From NCBI GenBank assembly GCA_964035545.1, contig OZ037768.1, positions 15,421,875 through 15,485,874 on the forward strand: a stretch of DNA of 64,000 nt. Reading direction: 5' to 3'. Positions within the stretch are counted from its first letter, which is position 1, and each line of letters opens with the position of its first letter. The DNA comes from Bugula neritina. Lineage: Eukaryota; Animalia; Bryozoa. This document shows positions 18,001 through 32,555 of the stretch, one piece after another. The translations under genes and the position numbers were made by a program. The notes under the pieces were generated by a model. It made no database searches. It saw only the letters and a list, made by a program, of their open reading frames with translations, and had not been told where the DNA came from.

Positions 18001-21000
18001 ACTGCAACATACTGGAATATACTGCAACAATGTGAAATACACTGTAACATACTGAATTACACTGCAACATAGTGAAACATACTGAAGTACACTGCAACAC
18101 ATTGAAATATACTGCAACATATCCAAATATATTGTAATCTACTGAAATATAGTGTAAAACATTGAATGATACTGCAACATACTGAAATACACTGCAACAC
18201 ACTGAAGTATACTGTAATATACAAAAATGTATTGTAACATTCTGAAACATGCGGCAACATATTGAAATATACTGCAACACATTGAAATATACTGCAACAT
18301 ACTGAAATATACCTAAAAATAATGAAAGAGACTGAAATACACTGGAACATACTGAAACACACTGCAACTTATTTGAATATACTGCAACATACCAATATAT
18401 ATGGTAACCTACTGAAATCTGTTGCAAACTACTGAAATATACTGCAACATACTGCCACATGATGAAATATACTGCAACATACTGAAATATACTGCAAGAT
18501 ACTGCAACATACTCAAATACACTGTAACATACTGAAATACATTTCAACAAACTAAAATATACTGAAACACACCAAAACTTATTGCAACTGTGCAACATAA
18601 TGAAAATATACCGCAACACACTGAAATATGCTGTAGCATACTGAAATACAGTGCAAGACACAGAAGTAAACTGTAATTTAGAGAAATTTACTATAACATA
18701 CTTAAACATACGTCAACATACTGAAATGTACTGCGTCATGCTGAAATATACTGCAACATACTGAAATGCACTGCAACATACCCCAACATACTAGAGTACA
18801 CTGCAACACATTGAAATATACTGCAACATACCGAAATATATGGTAACCTACTGAAATATGTTGCAAACCACTGCAACATACTGCAACATACTGCAACAAA
18901 ATGAAATATACTGTAACACACTGAAACATACTGCAAAATGCTGAAATAAACTGTGACATACCAAAACATACTGCAACATACTGAAATATACTGCATGATA
19001 CTGCAACATACTGAAGTACACTGTAACATACTGAGATACACTGTAACATATTGAAATACACTGCAACACATTGAAATATACTGCAACATACGTAAACATA
19101 CGGCAACATACTGAAGTATACTGCGACACAATGAAGTATACTGCAACAAACTGAAATATGCTGTAGCATGCTGAAATACACTGCAACACACTGAAGTATA
19201 CTCTAATATACAGAAATGTACTGTAACATACTGAAACATAGTCAACATGCTGAAATATACTGCAACATACTGCAACATACTGAAATACACTGCAACAAAC
19301 TGAAACACACTGCAACATACTGAAATATACTGCAACATCCTGAAATATACTGCAAGATTCTGCAACATACTGAAATACATTGTAGGATACTGAAATACAC
19401 TGCAACATTTTGCAATATACTGAAATACACTGCAACACATTGAAATATACTGCAACATACTGAAATACACGGCAACATACTGAAATATACTGCGACACTT
19501 TGAATTAATACACTTCAACATACCACAACACACTGAGTTATACTGTAACATAGAGAAACGTACTGTAACATACTAAAACATGCGGCAACACATTGAAATA
19601 TACCGCAATACATTGAAATATACTGCAACATACAAAATATGCTGTTGCATAGTGAAATACACTGCAACACACTGAAGTATAGTGTAATATACAGAAATGT
19701 ACTGTAAAACACTGAAATATACTTCAACATACTACTACATAATAAAATATACTGCAACATACTGAAATATACTGCAAGATACGGCAACATACTGAAATAC
19801 ACTGTAACATACTGAAATACACTGCAACACATTGGAATAAACTGCAACATACTGAAATATATAGTAACCTACTGAAATATACTGCAACATACTGCAACAA
19901 AATGAAACATACTGTAACACACTGAAACATACTGCAAAATACTGAAATATACTGTAACATACAAAAACATACTGCAACATACTGAAATGTACTGCACTAT
20001 ACTGCAACATACTGAAGTACACTGTAACATACTGAGATACACTGCAACATACTGTAAAATACTGCAACATACTGAGATACACTGTAACATATTGAAATAC
20101 ACTGCAACACATTGAAATATACTGCAACATACTGAAACATACGGCAACATACTGAAGTATACTGCGACACAATGGAGTATACTGCAACAAACTGAAAGGT
20201 GCTGTAGCATACTGAAATACACCGAAACACACTGAAGTATACTGTAATATACAGAAATGTACTGTAACATACTCCAACATACTAGAGTACACTGCAAAAC
20301 ATTGAAATATACTGCAAGATACCGAAATATATGGTAACCTACTGAAATATCTTGCAAACCACTGAAACATACTGCAACATACTGCAACAAAATGAAATAT
20401 ACTGTAACACTATGAAACATACTGCAAAATGCTGAAATATACTGTGACAAACCAAAACATACTGCAACATACTGAAATATACTGCACGATACTGCAACAT
20501 ACTGAAGTACACTGTAACATACTGAGATACACTGTAACATATTGAAACACACTGCAACACATTGAAATATACTGCAACATACGTAAACATACGGCAACAT
20601 ACTGAAGTATACTGCGACACAATGAAGTATACTGCAACAAACTGAAATATGCTGTAGCATACTGAAATACACTGCAACACACTGAAGTATACTCTAATAT
20701 ACAAAAATGCACTGTAACATACTGAAGCATAGTCAACATGCTGAAATATACTGCAACATACTGCAACATACTGAAATACACTGCAACAAACTGAAATACA
20801 CTGCAACATACTGAAATATACTGCAACATCCTGAAATATACTGCAAGATTCTGCAACATACTGAAATACATTGTAGAATACTGAAATACACTGCAACATT
20901 TTGCAATATACTGAAATACACCGCAACGCATTGGAACATACTGCAACATACCGAAATATATAGTAACCTACTGAAATATACTGCAACATACTGCAACAAA

Positions 21001-21924
21001 ATGAAACATAGTGTAACACACTGAAACATACTGCAAAATACTGAAATATACTGTAACATACAAAAACATACTGCAACACACTGAAATATACTGCACTATA
21101 CTGCAACATACTGAAGTACACTGTAACATACTGAGATACACTGCAACATACTGTAAAATACTGCAACATACTGAGATACACTGTAACATATTGAAATACA
21201 CTGCAACACATTGAAATATACTGCAACATACTGAAACATACGGCAACATACTGAAGTATACTGCGACACAATGGAGTATACTGCAACAAACTGAAAGATG
21301 CTGTAGCATACTGAAATACACCGCAACACACTGAAGTATACTGTAATATACAGAAATGTACTGTAACATACAGAAACATAGTCAACATACTGAAATGTAC
21401 TGTAACACATTGAATTATACTGCAACATACTGAAATACACTGTAACATACTGAATTACACTGCAAGATACTGCAACATACTGAAGTACACTGCAACAAAG
21501 TTAAACATACTGTAACACACTGAAACGTACCGCAAAATACTGAAATATACTGTGACATACTAAAGCATCCTGCAACATACTGAAATATACTTCAACATAC
21601 TGAAACATACCTAAAAATTATAAAACATACTGAAATACGCTGTAACATACTGAAATGCACTGCAACACATTGGAATATACTGCAACATACCGAAATATAT
21701 GGTAACCTACTGAAATATGTTGCAAACTACTGAAATATACTACAACATAATGCAACATACTGAAATACACTGCAACAAGCTGCAACATACTGCAACAAAA
21801 TGAAATATACTGTAACCTACTGCAACATACTGCAACAAAATGAAATATACTGTAACACATTGAAACATACTGCAAAATACTGAAATATACATTAAAATAC
21901 TAAAAAATACTGCAAAATACTGAA
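3696..21924. repeat. ~9,106-bp tandem duplication (two copies: 3696-12802 and 12803-21908) within satellite A
   Basis: The ORF track repeats at +9107 and then +9106 (4048/13155, 6070/15176, 12512/21618), with a 1-bp indel near 5636. Only about six differences were seen by eye. The 16-bp junction word ACTGCAAAATACTGAA occurs at 3696, 12803 and 21909. Confidence 0.95.
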
Positions 21925-23700
21925 ATATGATACAACATATTGAATTACACTGCAACATACTGAAACAAACTTCAACATACTGAAACAAACTGCAACATAC
22001 TGAAATATACCGCAAGTCACTGCAACATACTGAAATAGCTTGTAAGATACTGAATTATACTGCAACATATTGAAATACACTGCAGCACATTGAAATATAC
22101 TGCAAAATACTGAAACGTACGGCAACATACTGAAATATACTGCGATACATTGAAACATACTGCAACATACTGAAATATGCTGTAGCATACTGATATACAC
22201 TGCAACACACTGAAGTATACTGTAATATACAGAAATGTACTGTAACATGATGAAACATATGTCAACATACTGAAATGTACTGCAACATACTGAAATATAC
22301 TGTAACACTGAAATAAACTGAAACATGCTGAAATATACTGCAACATAATGAATTAAACTGCAACCTGCTGAAATATACTGCAAAATATCAAAGTATATCG
22401 TAATATACGGATATGTACTGTAACATACTGAAACATACTGAAACATACTGAAACATACTGAAACAAACTGAAACATACTAGAACATACCGAAACATACTG
22501 ATACATAATGAAATATACTGCAACGCACTGAAGTATACTGTAGTATACAGAAATGTACTGTAAAGTACAGAAATATACTGCAACATACTAAAATAGACTG
22601 CAACATACTGCAACATACTGAAATACACTGCAACAAACCTAAATACACTGCAACATACTGAAATACACTGCAACATCCTGAAATATACTGCAAGATACTG
22701 CAACATACTGAAATACATCGTAAGATACTGAAATACACTGCAAAATTTTGCAATATACCGAAATACACTGTAACATGTTGAAATAAACTGCAACACATTG
22801 AAATATACTGCAACATACTGAAACATACGGCAACATACTGAAGTATACTGCGACACAATGGAGTATACTGCAACAAACTGAAAGATGCTGTAGCATACTG
22901 AAATACACCGCAACACACTGAAGTATACTGTAATATACAGAAATGTACTGTAACATACTGAAACATAGTCAACATACTGAAATGTACTGTAACACATTGA
23001 ATTATACTGCAACATACTGAAATACACTGTAACATACTGAATTACACTGCAAGATACTGCAACATACTGAAGTACACTGCAACAAAGTTAAACATACTGT
23101 AACACACTCCAACGTACCGCAAAATACTGAAATATACTGTGACATACTAAAGCATCCTGCAACATACTGAAATATACTTCAACATACTGAAACATACCTA
23201 AAAATTATAAAACATACTGAAATACGCTGTAACATACTGAAATGCACTGCAACACATTGGAATATACTGCAACATACCGAAATATATGGTAACCTACTGA
23301 AATATGTTGCAAACTACTGAAATATACTACAACATACTGCAACATACTGGAATACACTGTAACATATTGAAATACAGTGCAACTAATTGAAATATACCGC
23401 AACATACCGAAATATATGATAACTTACTGAAATATACTGTAACACATTGAATGATACTGCAACATCTTTAAATACACTGCAACACACTGAAGTATACTGT
23501 AATATACAGAAATGTACTGTAAAATACTGAAATATACTTCAACATACTGCTACATAGTAAAATATACTGCAACATACTGAAATATACTGCACGATACTGC
23601 AACATACTGAAGTACACTGCAACATACTGAAATACACTGCAACAAACTGAAATACACTGCAACATACTGAAATATACTGCAACATCCTGAAATACACTGC

Positions 23701-23900
23701 AAGATTCTGCAACAAACTGAAATACATTGTAGAATACTGAAATACACTGCAACATTTTGCAATATACTGAAATACACCGCAACACATTGAAATATACTGC
23801 AAGATTCTGCAACAAACTGAAATACATTGTAGAATACTGAAATACACTGCAACATTTTGCAATATACTGAAATACACCGCAACACATTGAAATATACTGC
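23701..23900. repeat. Exact 100-bp tandem duplication in satellite A
   Basis: AAGATTCTGCAACAAACTGA...AATATACTGC at 23701-23800 is repeated identically at 23801-23900. Confidence 0.93.
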
Positions 23901-26900
23901 AACATACTGAAATATACGGCAACATACTGAAATATACTGCGACACTTTGAAATGTACTGCAACATCCTGAAATATGCTGTTGCATACTGAAATACACTGC
24001 AACACACTGAAGTAAAATGTGTCATACAGAAATTTACTGTAAAATACTGAAACATACGCCAACATACTGAAATATATTTCAACATACTGAAACATATCTA
24101 AATATATTGAAACATACTTAAATATATTGTAACATACTGAATTACACTGCAACATACTGAAAAAGAGTGTAACATATTGAAATACACTGCAACACTTTGA
24201 AATACACTTCAACATACTGCAACACACTGAGTTATACTGTAACTTAGAGAAACGTACTGTAACGTACTGAAACATGCGGCAACATATTGATATATACCGC
24301 AATACATTGAAATATACTGCAACATACAAAATATGCTGTAGCATACTGAAATACACTGCAACACACTGAAGTATACTGTAATATACAGAAATGTACTGTA
24401 AAATACTGAAATATACTTCAACATACTGCTACATAATGAAATATACTGCAACATACTGAAATATACTGCAAGATACCGCAACATACTGAAATACACTGTA
24501 ACATACTGAAATACACTGCAACACATTGGAACATACTGCAACATACCGAAATATATAGTAACCTACTGAAATATACTGCAACATACTGCAACAAAATGAA
24601 ACATACTGTAACACACTGAAACATACTGCAAAATACTGAAATATACTGTAACATACAAAAACATACTGCAACATACTGAAATATACTGCACTATACTGCA
24701 ACATACTGAAGTACACTGTAACATACTGAGATACACTGCAACATACTGTAAAATACTGCAACATACTGAGATACACTGTAACATATTGAAATACACTGCA
24801 ACACATTGAAATATACTGCAACATACTGAAACATACGGCAACATACTGAAGTATACTGCGACACAATGGAGTATACTGCAACAAACTGAAAGATGCTGTA
24901 GCATACTGAAATACACCGCAACACACTGAAGTATACTGTAATATACAGAAATGTACTGTAACATACAGAAACATAGTCAACATACTGAAATGTACTGTAA
25001 CACATTGAATTATACTGCAACATACTGAAATACACTGTAACGTACTGAATTACACTGCAAGATACTGCAACATACTGAAGTACACTGCAACAAAGTTAAA
25101 CATACTATAACACACTGAAACGTACCGCAAAATACTGAAATATACTGTGACATACTAAAGCATCCTGCAACATACTGAAATATACTTCAACATACTGAAA
25201 CATACCTAAAAATTATAAAACATACTGAAATACGCTGTAACATACTGAAATGCACTGCAACACATTGGAATATACTGCAACATACCGAAATATATGGTAA
25301 CCTACTGAAATATGTTGCAAACTACTGAAATATACTACAACATACTGCAACATACTGGAATACACTGTAACACATTGAAATACAGTGCAACTAATTGAAA
25401 TATACCGCAACAAACCGAAATATATGATAACTTACTGAAATATACTGTAACACATTAAATGATACTGCAACATACTTAAATACAATGCAACACACTGAAG
25501 TATACTGTATTATACAGAAATGTACTGTAACATACTGAAACATGCGACAACATACTGAAATATGCTGTAGCATACTGAAATACACGGCAACACACTGAAG
25601 TATACTGTAATATACAGAAATGTACTGTAAAATACTGAAATATACTTCAACATACTGCTACATAGTAAAATATACTGCAACATACTGAAATATACTGCAC
25701 GATACTGCAACATACTGAAGTACACTGTAGCATACTGATATACACTGCAACATACTGAAGTACACTGCAACACATTGGAATATACTGCAACATACTGAAT
25801 TATATAGTAAACCTACTGAAATATGTTGCAAACTACTGAAATACACTGCAACAAGCTGCAACATACTGCAACAAAATGAAATATACTGTAACCTACTGCA
25901 ACATACTGCAACAAAATGAAATATACTGTAACACATTGAAACATACTGAAAAATACTGAAATATACACTAAAATACTAAAACATACTGCAACATACTGAA
26001 ATATATTACAACATAATGAATTACACTGCAACATGCTGAAACAAACTTCAACATACTGAAATATAATACAACATATCTAAAAATACTGAAACATACTGAA
26101 ATACATTGTAACATTCTGAATTACACTGCAACATACTGAAATATACTGCAAGTCACTGCAACATACTGAAATACATTGTAAGATACTGAATTACACTGCA
26201 ACATGTTGAAATACACTGCAACACATTGAAATATACTGCAAAATACTGAAACATACGGCAACATACTGAAATATACTGCGATACATTGAAACATACTGCA
26301 ACATACTGAAATATGCTGTAGCATACTGATATACACTGCAACACACTGAAGTATACTGTAATATACAGAAATGTACTGTAACATACTGAAAAATACGACA
26401 ACATACTGAAATGTACTGCAACATGATGAAATATACTACAACATTTTAGAATATACTGCAACATACTGAAATATACTGTAACACACTGAGATAAACTGAA
26501 ACATGCTGAAAGATACTGCAACATAATGAATTAAACTGCAACATACTGAAATTCACTGCAACATATCAAAGTATATCGTAATATACGGATATGTACTGTA
26601 ACATACTGAAACATACTGAAACATACTGAGACATAATGAATTATACTGCAACGCACTGAAATATACTTTAGAATACTGAAATATATTGTAACATAATGAA
26701 ATATACTGCAAACATACTGAAATATTCTGCAACAACTTGAAAGATACTACAGCATACTGAATTATACTGTGGCATACTGAAACATATTGTATCATATTGA
26801 AATATGACAAAACATACTGAAACTGACTGCAACATACTAAAATATACTACAACATGCTAAAATATACTGCAACATACTGAAATATAATGTAACATACTGA

Positions 26901-27315
26901 GATACACTGCAACGTACTGAAATATACTGCAACATATCGAAGTATATCGTAATATACAGACATGCACTGTAACATACTGAAACATACTGCAAAATACTGA
27001 AATATACTGCAACATACTGAGATATAATGAAACAAACCGAAATATTTGGTAACCAACTGAAATGTGTTGAAACTATTAAAATATATTGCAACATATCAAA
27101 AAATACTCCAACTGTGCAACATAATGAAATATACTGCAAGCATACTGAAATATACTGAACAACATAAAAGATACTGTAAGATACCTAAATAATATACTGA
27201 AACATACTGCAACATACTGAAATATACTGTACCATAAAGAAATAAACTGCAACATACTGCAACATATCGAAGTATATCGTAATATACGGACATGTCTGTG
27301 ACATACTGAGACATA

Positions 27316-28073
27316 CACAGGATAGTTAAGCGGGCAACCTTTTATCTGCAACTGCCTTGCTGAGGTTTGCATTGTAATCATATAAGAATTCAGTACCAGT
27401 AAAATAAAATCTCACCTAATCGTGCAAGAGTCAAAATTTAAAAACTATGTTGTAGATCTTGTTTTTCCTCAGTGCAACTTTTTTGGAAATTTCAATTTTC
27501 TTTTTTTTTTGCAAAGTTATAGACAAAAAACTGCCCAATTTTGGCCAATTTTGCCAGAAAAGCTGACTTTTCAGTACCAGTAAAATATCTCAGCAGCAAA
27601 AGATGATACCTGAATAAAAATTGCACTGCTAGAATCCTGAGATATTTCTCCAGTGCAACTTTTTTCATTTTCCAATAATTCTGCTAGATTGCCCATAAAT
27701 TGGTGATGTATACACTGAAAATGCCATTATTTTTCATAAGAAACTAGCAGCGCGCAGTGCTTCACGCTTCAATGAGCACTTAGGGATGAGAAGATATTGG
27801 CGCGTACATGCTAATTATAGGCTTGCTAGCTGGCAGGCTATAATGAATAGCTCGCTTTGTACTTTGTTTATGTAGCACCCATAATGGAATGTTGATAGAT
27901 AACGCAGCCTGAATGAAGGTTGCTGCTCATTGGCTGTAGTTTAATCTTGGGCTAAACAAATGCAAGTAAGCAACACGCATGCCACCCGCAGAGCAATATT
28001 ATTCAAAAACTTGAAATACATTTTGAGAGAAATTTATGATATTCTTAGTGAGGATGCCCTTAACTATACTGTG
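27316..28073 (-). mobile_element. Non-autonomous DNA transposon (MITE) copy 1, CMC/EnSpm-like, inverted relative to copies 2-4
   Basis: 758 bp with ends CACAGGATAGTTAAG...CTTAACTATACTGTG. It has a TA target duplication (acaTA|element|TActgaa restores ACATACTGAA), and its body is the reverse complement of copies 2-4. Confidence 0.93.
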
Positions 28074-31000
28074 TACTGAAAGATACTGAAATATACTGGA
28101 ACATACCGAAACATACTGCAACATAATGAATTATGCTGTAACACACTGAAATATACGGCAAAATACTGAAATATATTGTAACATACTGAAACATACTGCA
28201 ACATACTGAAATATACTGCAAGCTACTGAAAGATACTGCAACATACTGAATTATACTATGGCATACTGAAACATATTGAAATATGACGTAACATACTGAA
28301 ATTTACTGCAACATACTAAAATATATAACAACACGCTAAAATATACTGCAACATACTGAAATATACTGTAACATACTGCAACATACTGAACTATACTGAA
28401 ATATACCGGAACATACTGGAATAACCTGTGACACACTAAAGAATATTGCAACATACTGAAAGATACTGCAACATACTGAATTATACTGCAGCAGACTGAA
28501 ACATATTGTAACATACTGAAATATACTCGATCATACTGGAATAAACTGTGACACACTAAAGAATATTGCAACATACTGAAAGATACTGCAACATACCAAA
28601 ATATACTGTAACATACTGAAAAATACTGTAACATACTGAAATACACTGCAACATACTGCAAAATACTGCAGCATACTGAAATACACTGCAACATGCTGCA
28701 ACATACTGAAATACACGGTAACATATTGAAATACCCTGCAACACATTGAAAGATACTGCAACATACTGAAACATACTGCAACATATCAAAGTATATCGTA
28801 ATATACGGACATGTTCTGCAACATACTGAAACATACTGAAACATACTGAAATATACTGACATATACTGGAACATACCGGAACGTACTGCAACATAATGAA
28901 ATATACTGCAAACATACTGAAATATACTGCAACATAATGAAATAAACTGCAACATTTTGAGATATACTGCAACATACCGAACTATGTCGTAATCTACGGA
29001 CATGTACTGTAACATACTGAAACATACTGCAAAATACTAAAATGTACTGTAACAAACTGAAACATACTGCAACATACTGAATTATACTACACCATACTGA
29101 AGCATATTGTAACATATTGAAATATGACGAAACATACTGAAACTTGCTGCAACATATTAAAATATACTACAACATGTTGAAATATACTGCAACATACTGA
29201 AATATACTGTAACATACTGAGATACACTGTAACATGCTGAAATATACTGCAACATAATGAAATAAATTGCAACATACTGAAATATACTGCAACATATCGA
29301 AGTATATCGTGATATACAGACATATACTTTAACAACTATTAAAACATACTGCAACATACCGAAAAATACTGCAACTGTGCAACATAATGAAATATACTGC
29401 AAACATACTGAAATATATTGAACAACTTAAAAGATACTGTAAGATACTGAAATATACTGTAACATGCTGAAATGTACTGCAACATAACGAAATAAACTGC
29501 AACATACTGAAATATACTGCAACATATCGAAGTATATCGTGATAAACGGACATGTACTGTAACCTACTGAAACATACTGCAAAATACTGAAATATACTGT
29601 AACATACTGAAACATACTGCAACATACTGAATTATACTACAACATACTGAAATATACTGCAATATACTGCAATATACTGAAATACACTGTAATATATTGA
29701 ATTACACTGCAACATACTGAAGTATGGTGTAATATACAGAAATGTACTGTAACATACTGAAACATACGTCAACATACTGAAATAAACTGCAACATACTGA
29801 AATCTACTGCAACATATCGAAGTATATCGTAATATACGGACATGTACTGTAACATACTGAAACATACTGCAAAATACTGAAATATACTGTAACATACTGA
29901 AACACGCTGCAACATACTGAAATATACCGGAACATACTGGAATAACCTGTGACACACTAAAGAATATTGCAACATACTGAAAGATACTGCAACATACAGA
30001 ATTATACTGTGGCATACTGAAACATATTGTAACGTACTGAAATATACTCGAACATACTGAAACAAACTGTGACACACCAAAATATTTTGCAACATCCTGA
30101 AAAATAATGCAACATACCGAAATATACTGTAACATATTGAAATATACTGTAACACATTGAATTACACTGCAACACATTGAAAGATACTGCAACATACTGA
30201 AACATAGGGCAACATATCGAAATATACTGCGACACAATCAAATATACTGCAACATACTGAAATTTGCTGTAGCATACTGAAATACACTGCAACTCATTGA
30301 AGTATACTCCAATATATATAAATGTACTGTATCATACTGAAACATATGGCAACATACTGAAATGTACTGCAACATACCGAAATATACCACAACGAACCGA
30401 AATATATGGGAACCTACTGAAACATGTTGCAAACTACTAAAATATACTGCAATATACTGTAACATACTGAAATACACTGCAACATACTGCAACATACTGA
30501 AATACACAGTAACATATTGAAATACACGGCAACACATGGAAAGACACTGCAACATACTGAAACATACGGCAACATACTGAATTATACTGTAACATACTGA
30601 GATATACTGTAACATGCTGAAATATACTGCAACATAATGAAATAAACTGCAACATACTGAAATATACTGCAACATATCGAAGTATATCGTAATATACGGA
30701 CATGTACTGTAACATACTGAAACATACTGAAATATCCTGAAATATACTGGAACATACCTAAACGTACTGCAATATAAAGAACTATACTGCAAACACACTG
30801 AAATATACTGCAACAACTTAATAGATACTGTAAGATACAGTAATATACTGAAACATACCGAAACATGCTGCAACATACTGAAACATACGGGAACGTACTG
30901 GAATAAACTGTGACACACTAAAATATATTACAACATACTGAAAATACTACAACATACTGAATTATACTGTGGCACACTGAAACATATTGTAACATATTGA

Positions 31001-31832
31001 AATATGACGAAACATACTGAAATTTACTGCAACTTACTAAAATATACTACAACATGCTTAAATATACTGTAACATGCTGAAATATACTGCAACATAACAA
31101 AATAAACTGCAACATACTGAAATATACTGCAACATATCGAAGTATATCGTAATAAACGAACATGTACTGTAACATACTGAAACATACTGCAAAATACTGA
31201 AATATACTGTAACGTACTGAAACATACTGCAACATACTGAATTATACTACGACATACTGAAATACACTGTAATATACTGAATTACACTGCAACATACTGA
31301 AGTATAAAGTAATATACACAAATGTACTGTAACATACTGAAACATACGTCAACATACTGAAATAAACTGCAACATTGTGAAATATACTGCAACATATCGA
31401 AGTATATCGTAATATACGGACATGTACTGTAACATACTGAAACATACTGCAAAATACCGAAATATACTGTAACATACTGAAACATACTGCAATACACTGA
31501 ATTATACTACAACATACTGAAATATACTGCAATATACTGCAACATACTGAAATACACTGTAATATACTGAATTACACTGCAGCATACTGAAGTATAGTGT
31601 AATATATAGAAATGTACTGTAACATACTGAAACATACGTCAACATACTGAAATAAACTGCAACATACTGAAATATACTGCAAAATATTGAAGTATATCGT
31701 AATATATGGACATGTACTGTAACATACTGAAACATATTGAAACATACTGAAATATACTGGAACATACCGAAACGTACCGCAGCATAATGAAATATACTGC
31801 AAACATACTGGATTACACTGAACAACTTAAAA

Positions 31833-32555
31833 CACAGGATAATTAATGGCATCGTCACTAAGAATATCATAAACTTCTCTCAAAATGTAGTTCAGGTTTT
31901 TGAATAATATTGCTCTGCGGGTGGCATGCGTGTTGCCTACTTGCATTTGTTTAGCTTAAGAATAAACTACAGCCAATGAGCAGCAACCTTCATTAGGGCT
32001 GCGTTATATATCAACATTCCATTATGGATGCTACATAAACAAAGTACAATGCGAGCTATTCATTATAGCCTGCCAGCTAGCAAGCCTGCTATTATTATGT
32101 ACGCGCCAATATCTTCTCATCCCTACGTGCTCATTGAAGCGTGAAGTGCTGCGCGCTGCTAATTTCTTATGAAAAAATATGGCATTCTCAGTGTATAAAT
32201 CACCAATTTATAGGCAACCTAGCAGAGTTATTGAAAAATGAAAGAAGTTGCACTGGAAAAATATCTCAGGATTCTAGCATGGCAATTTTTATTCAGATAT
32301 CATCTTTTGCTGCTGAGATGTTTTACTGGTACTGAAAAGTCAGTTTTTTGTCTATAACTTTGCAAAAAAAATGAAAATTGAAATTTCCAAAGAACTTGCA
32401 CTGGGGAAAAAGAAGATCTACAACATAGTTTTTAAATTTTGAATCTAGCACAATCAGGTGAGATTTTATTTTAATGGTACTGAATTCTTATATGATTACA
32501 ATGCAAACCTCAGCGTGGCAGTTGCAGCTAAAAAGTTGCCCTTAACTATCCTGTG
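31833..32555 (+). mobile_element. MITE copy 2 (internal ~33-bp deletion)
   Basis: 723 bp, CACAGGATAATTAATGGCA...TGCCCTTAACTATCCTGTG. It has an AA target duplication (compare the uninterrupted AACAACTTAAAAGATACTGT at 29421) and lacks the CTTTTCTGGCAAAATTGGCCAAAATTGGC segment near 32343. Confidence 0.93.

Noticed and set aside
27316-32555. A composite transposon formed by inverted MITE copies 1 and 2 carrying satellite DNA
   Set aside because: Each copy has its own TSD (TA and AA), the outer flanks do not match, and the enclosed satellite is collinear with its surroundings.
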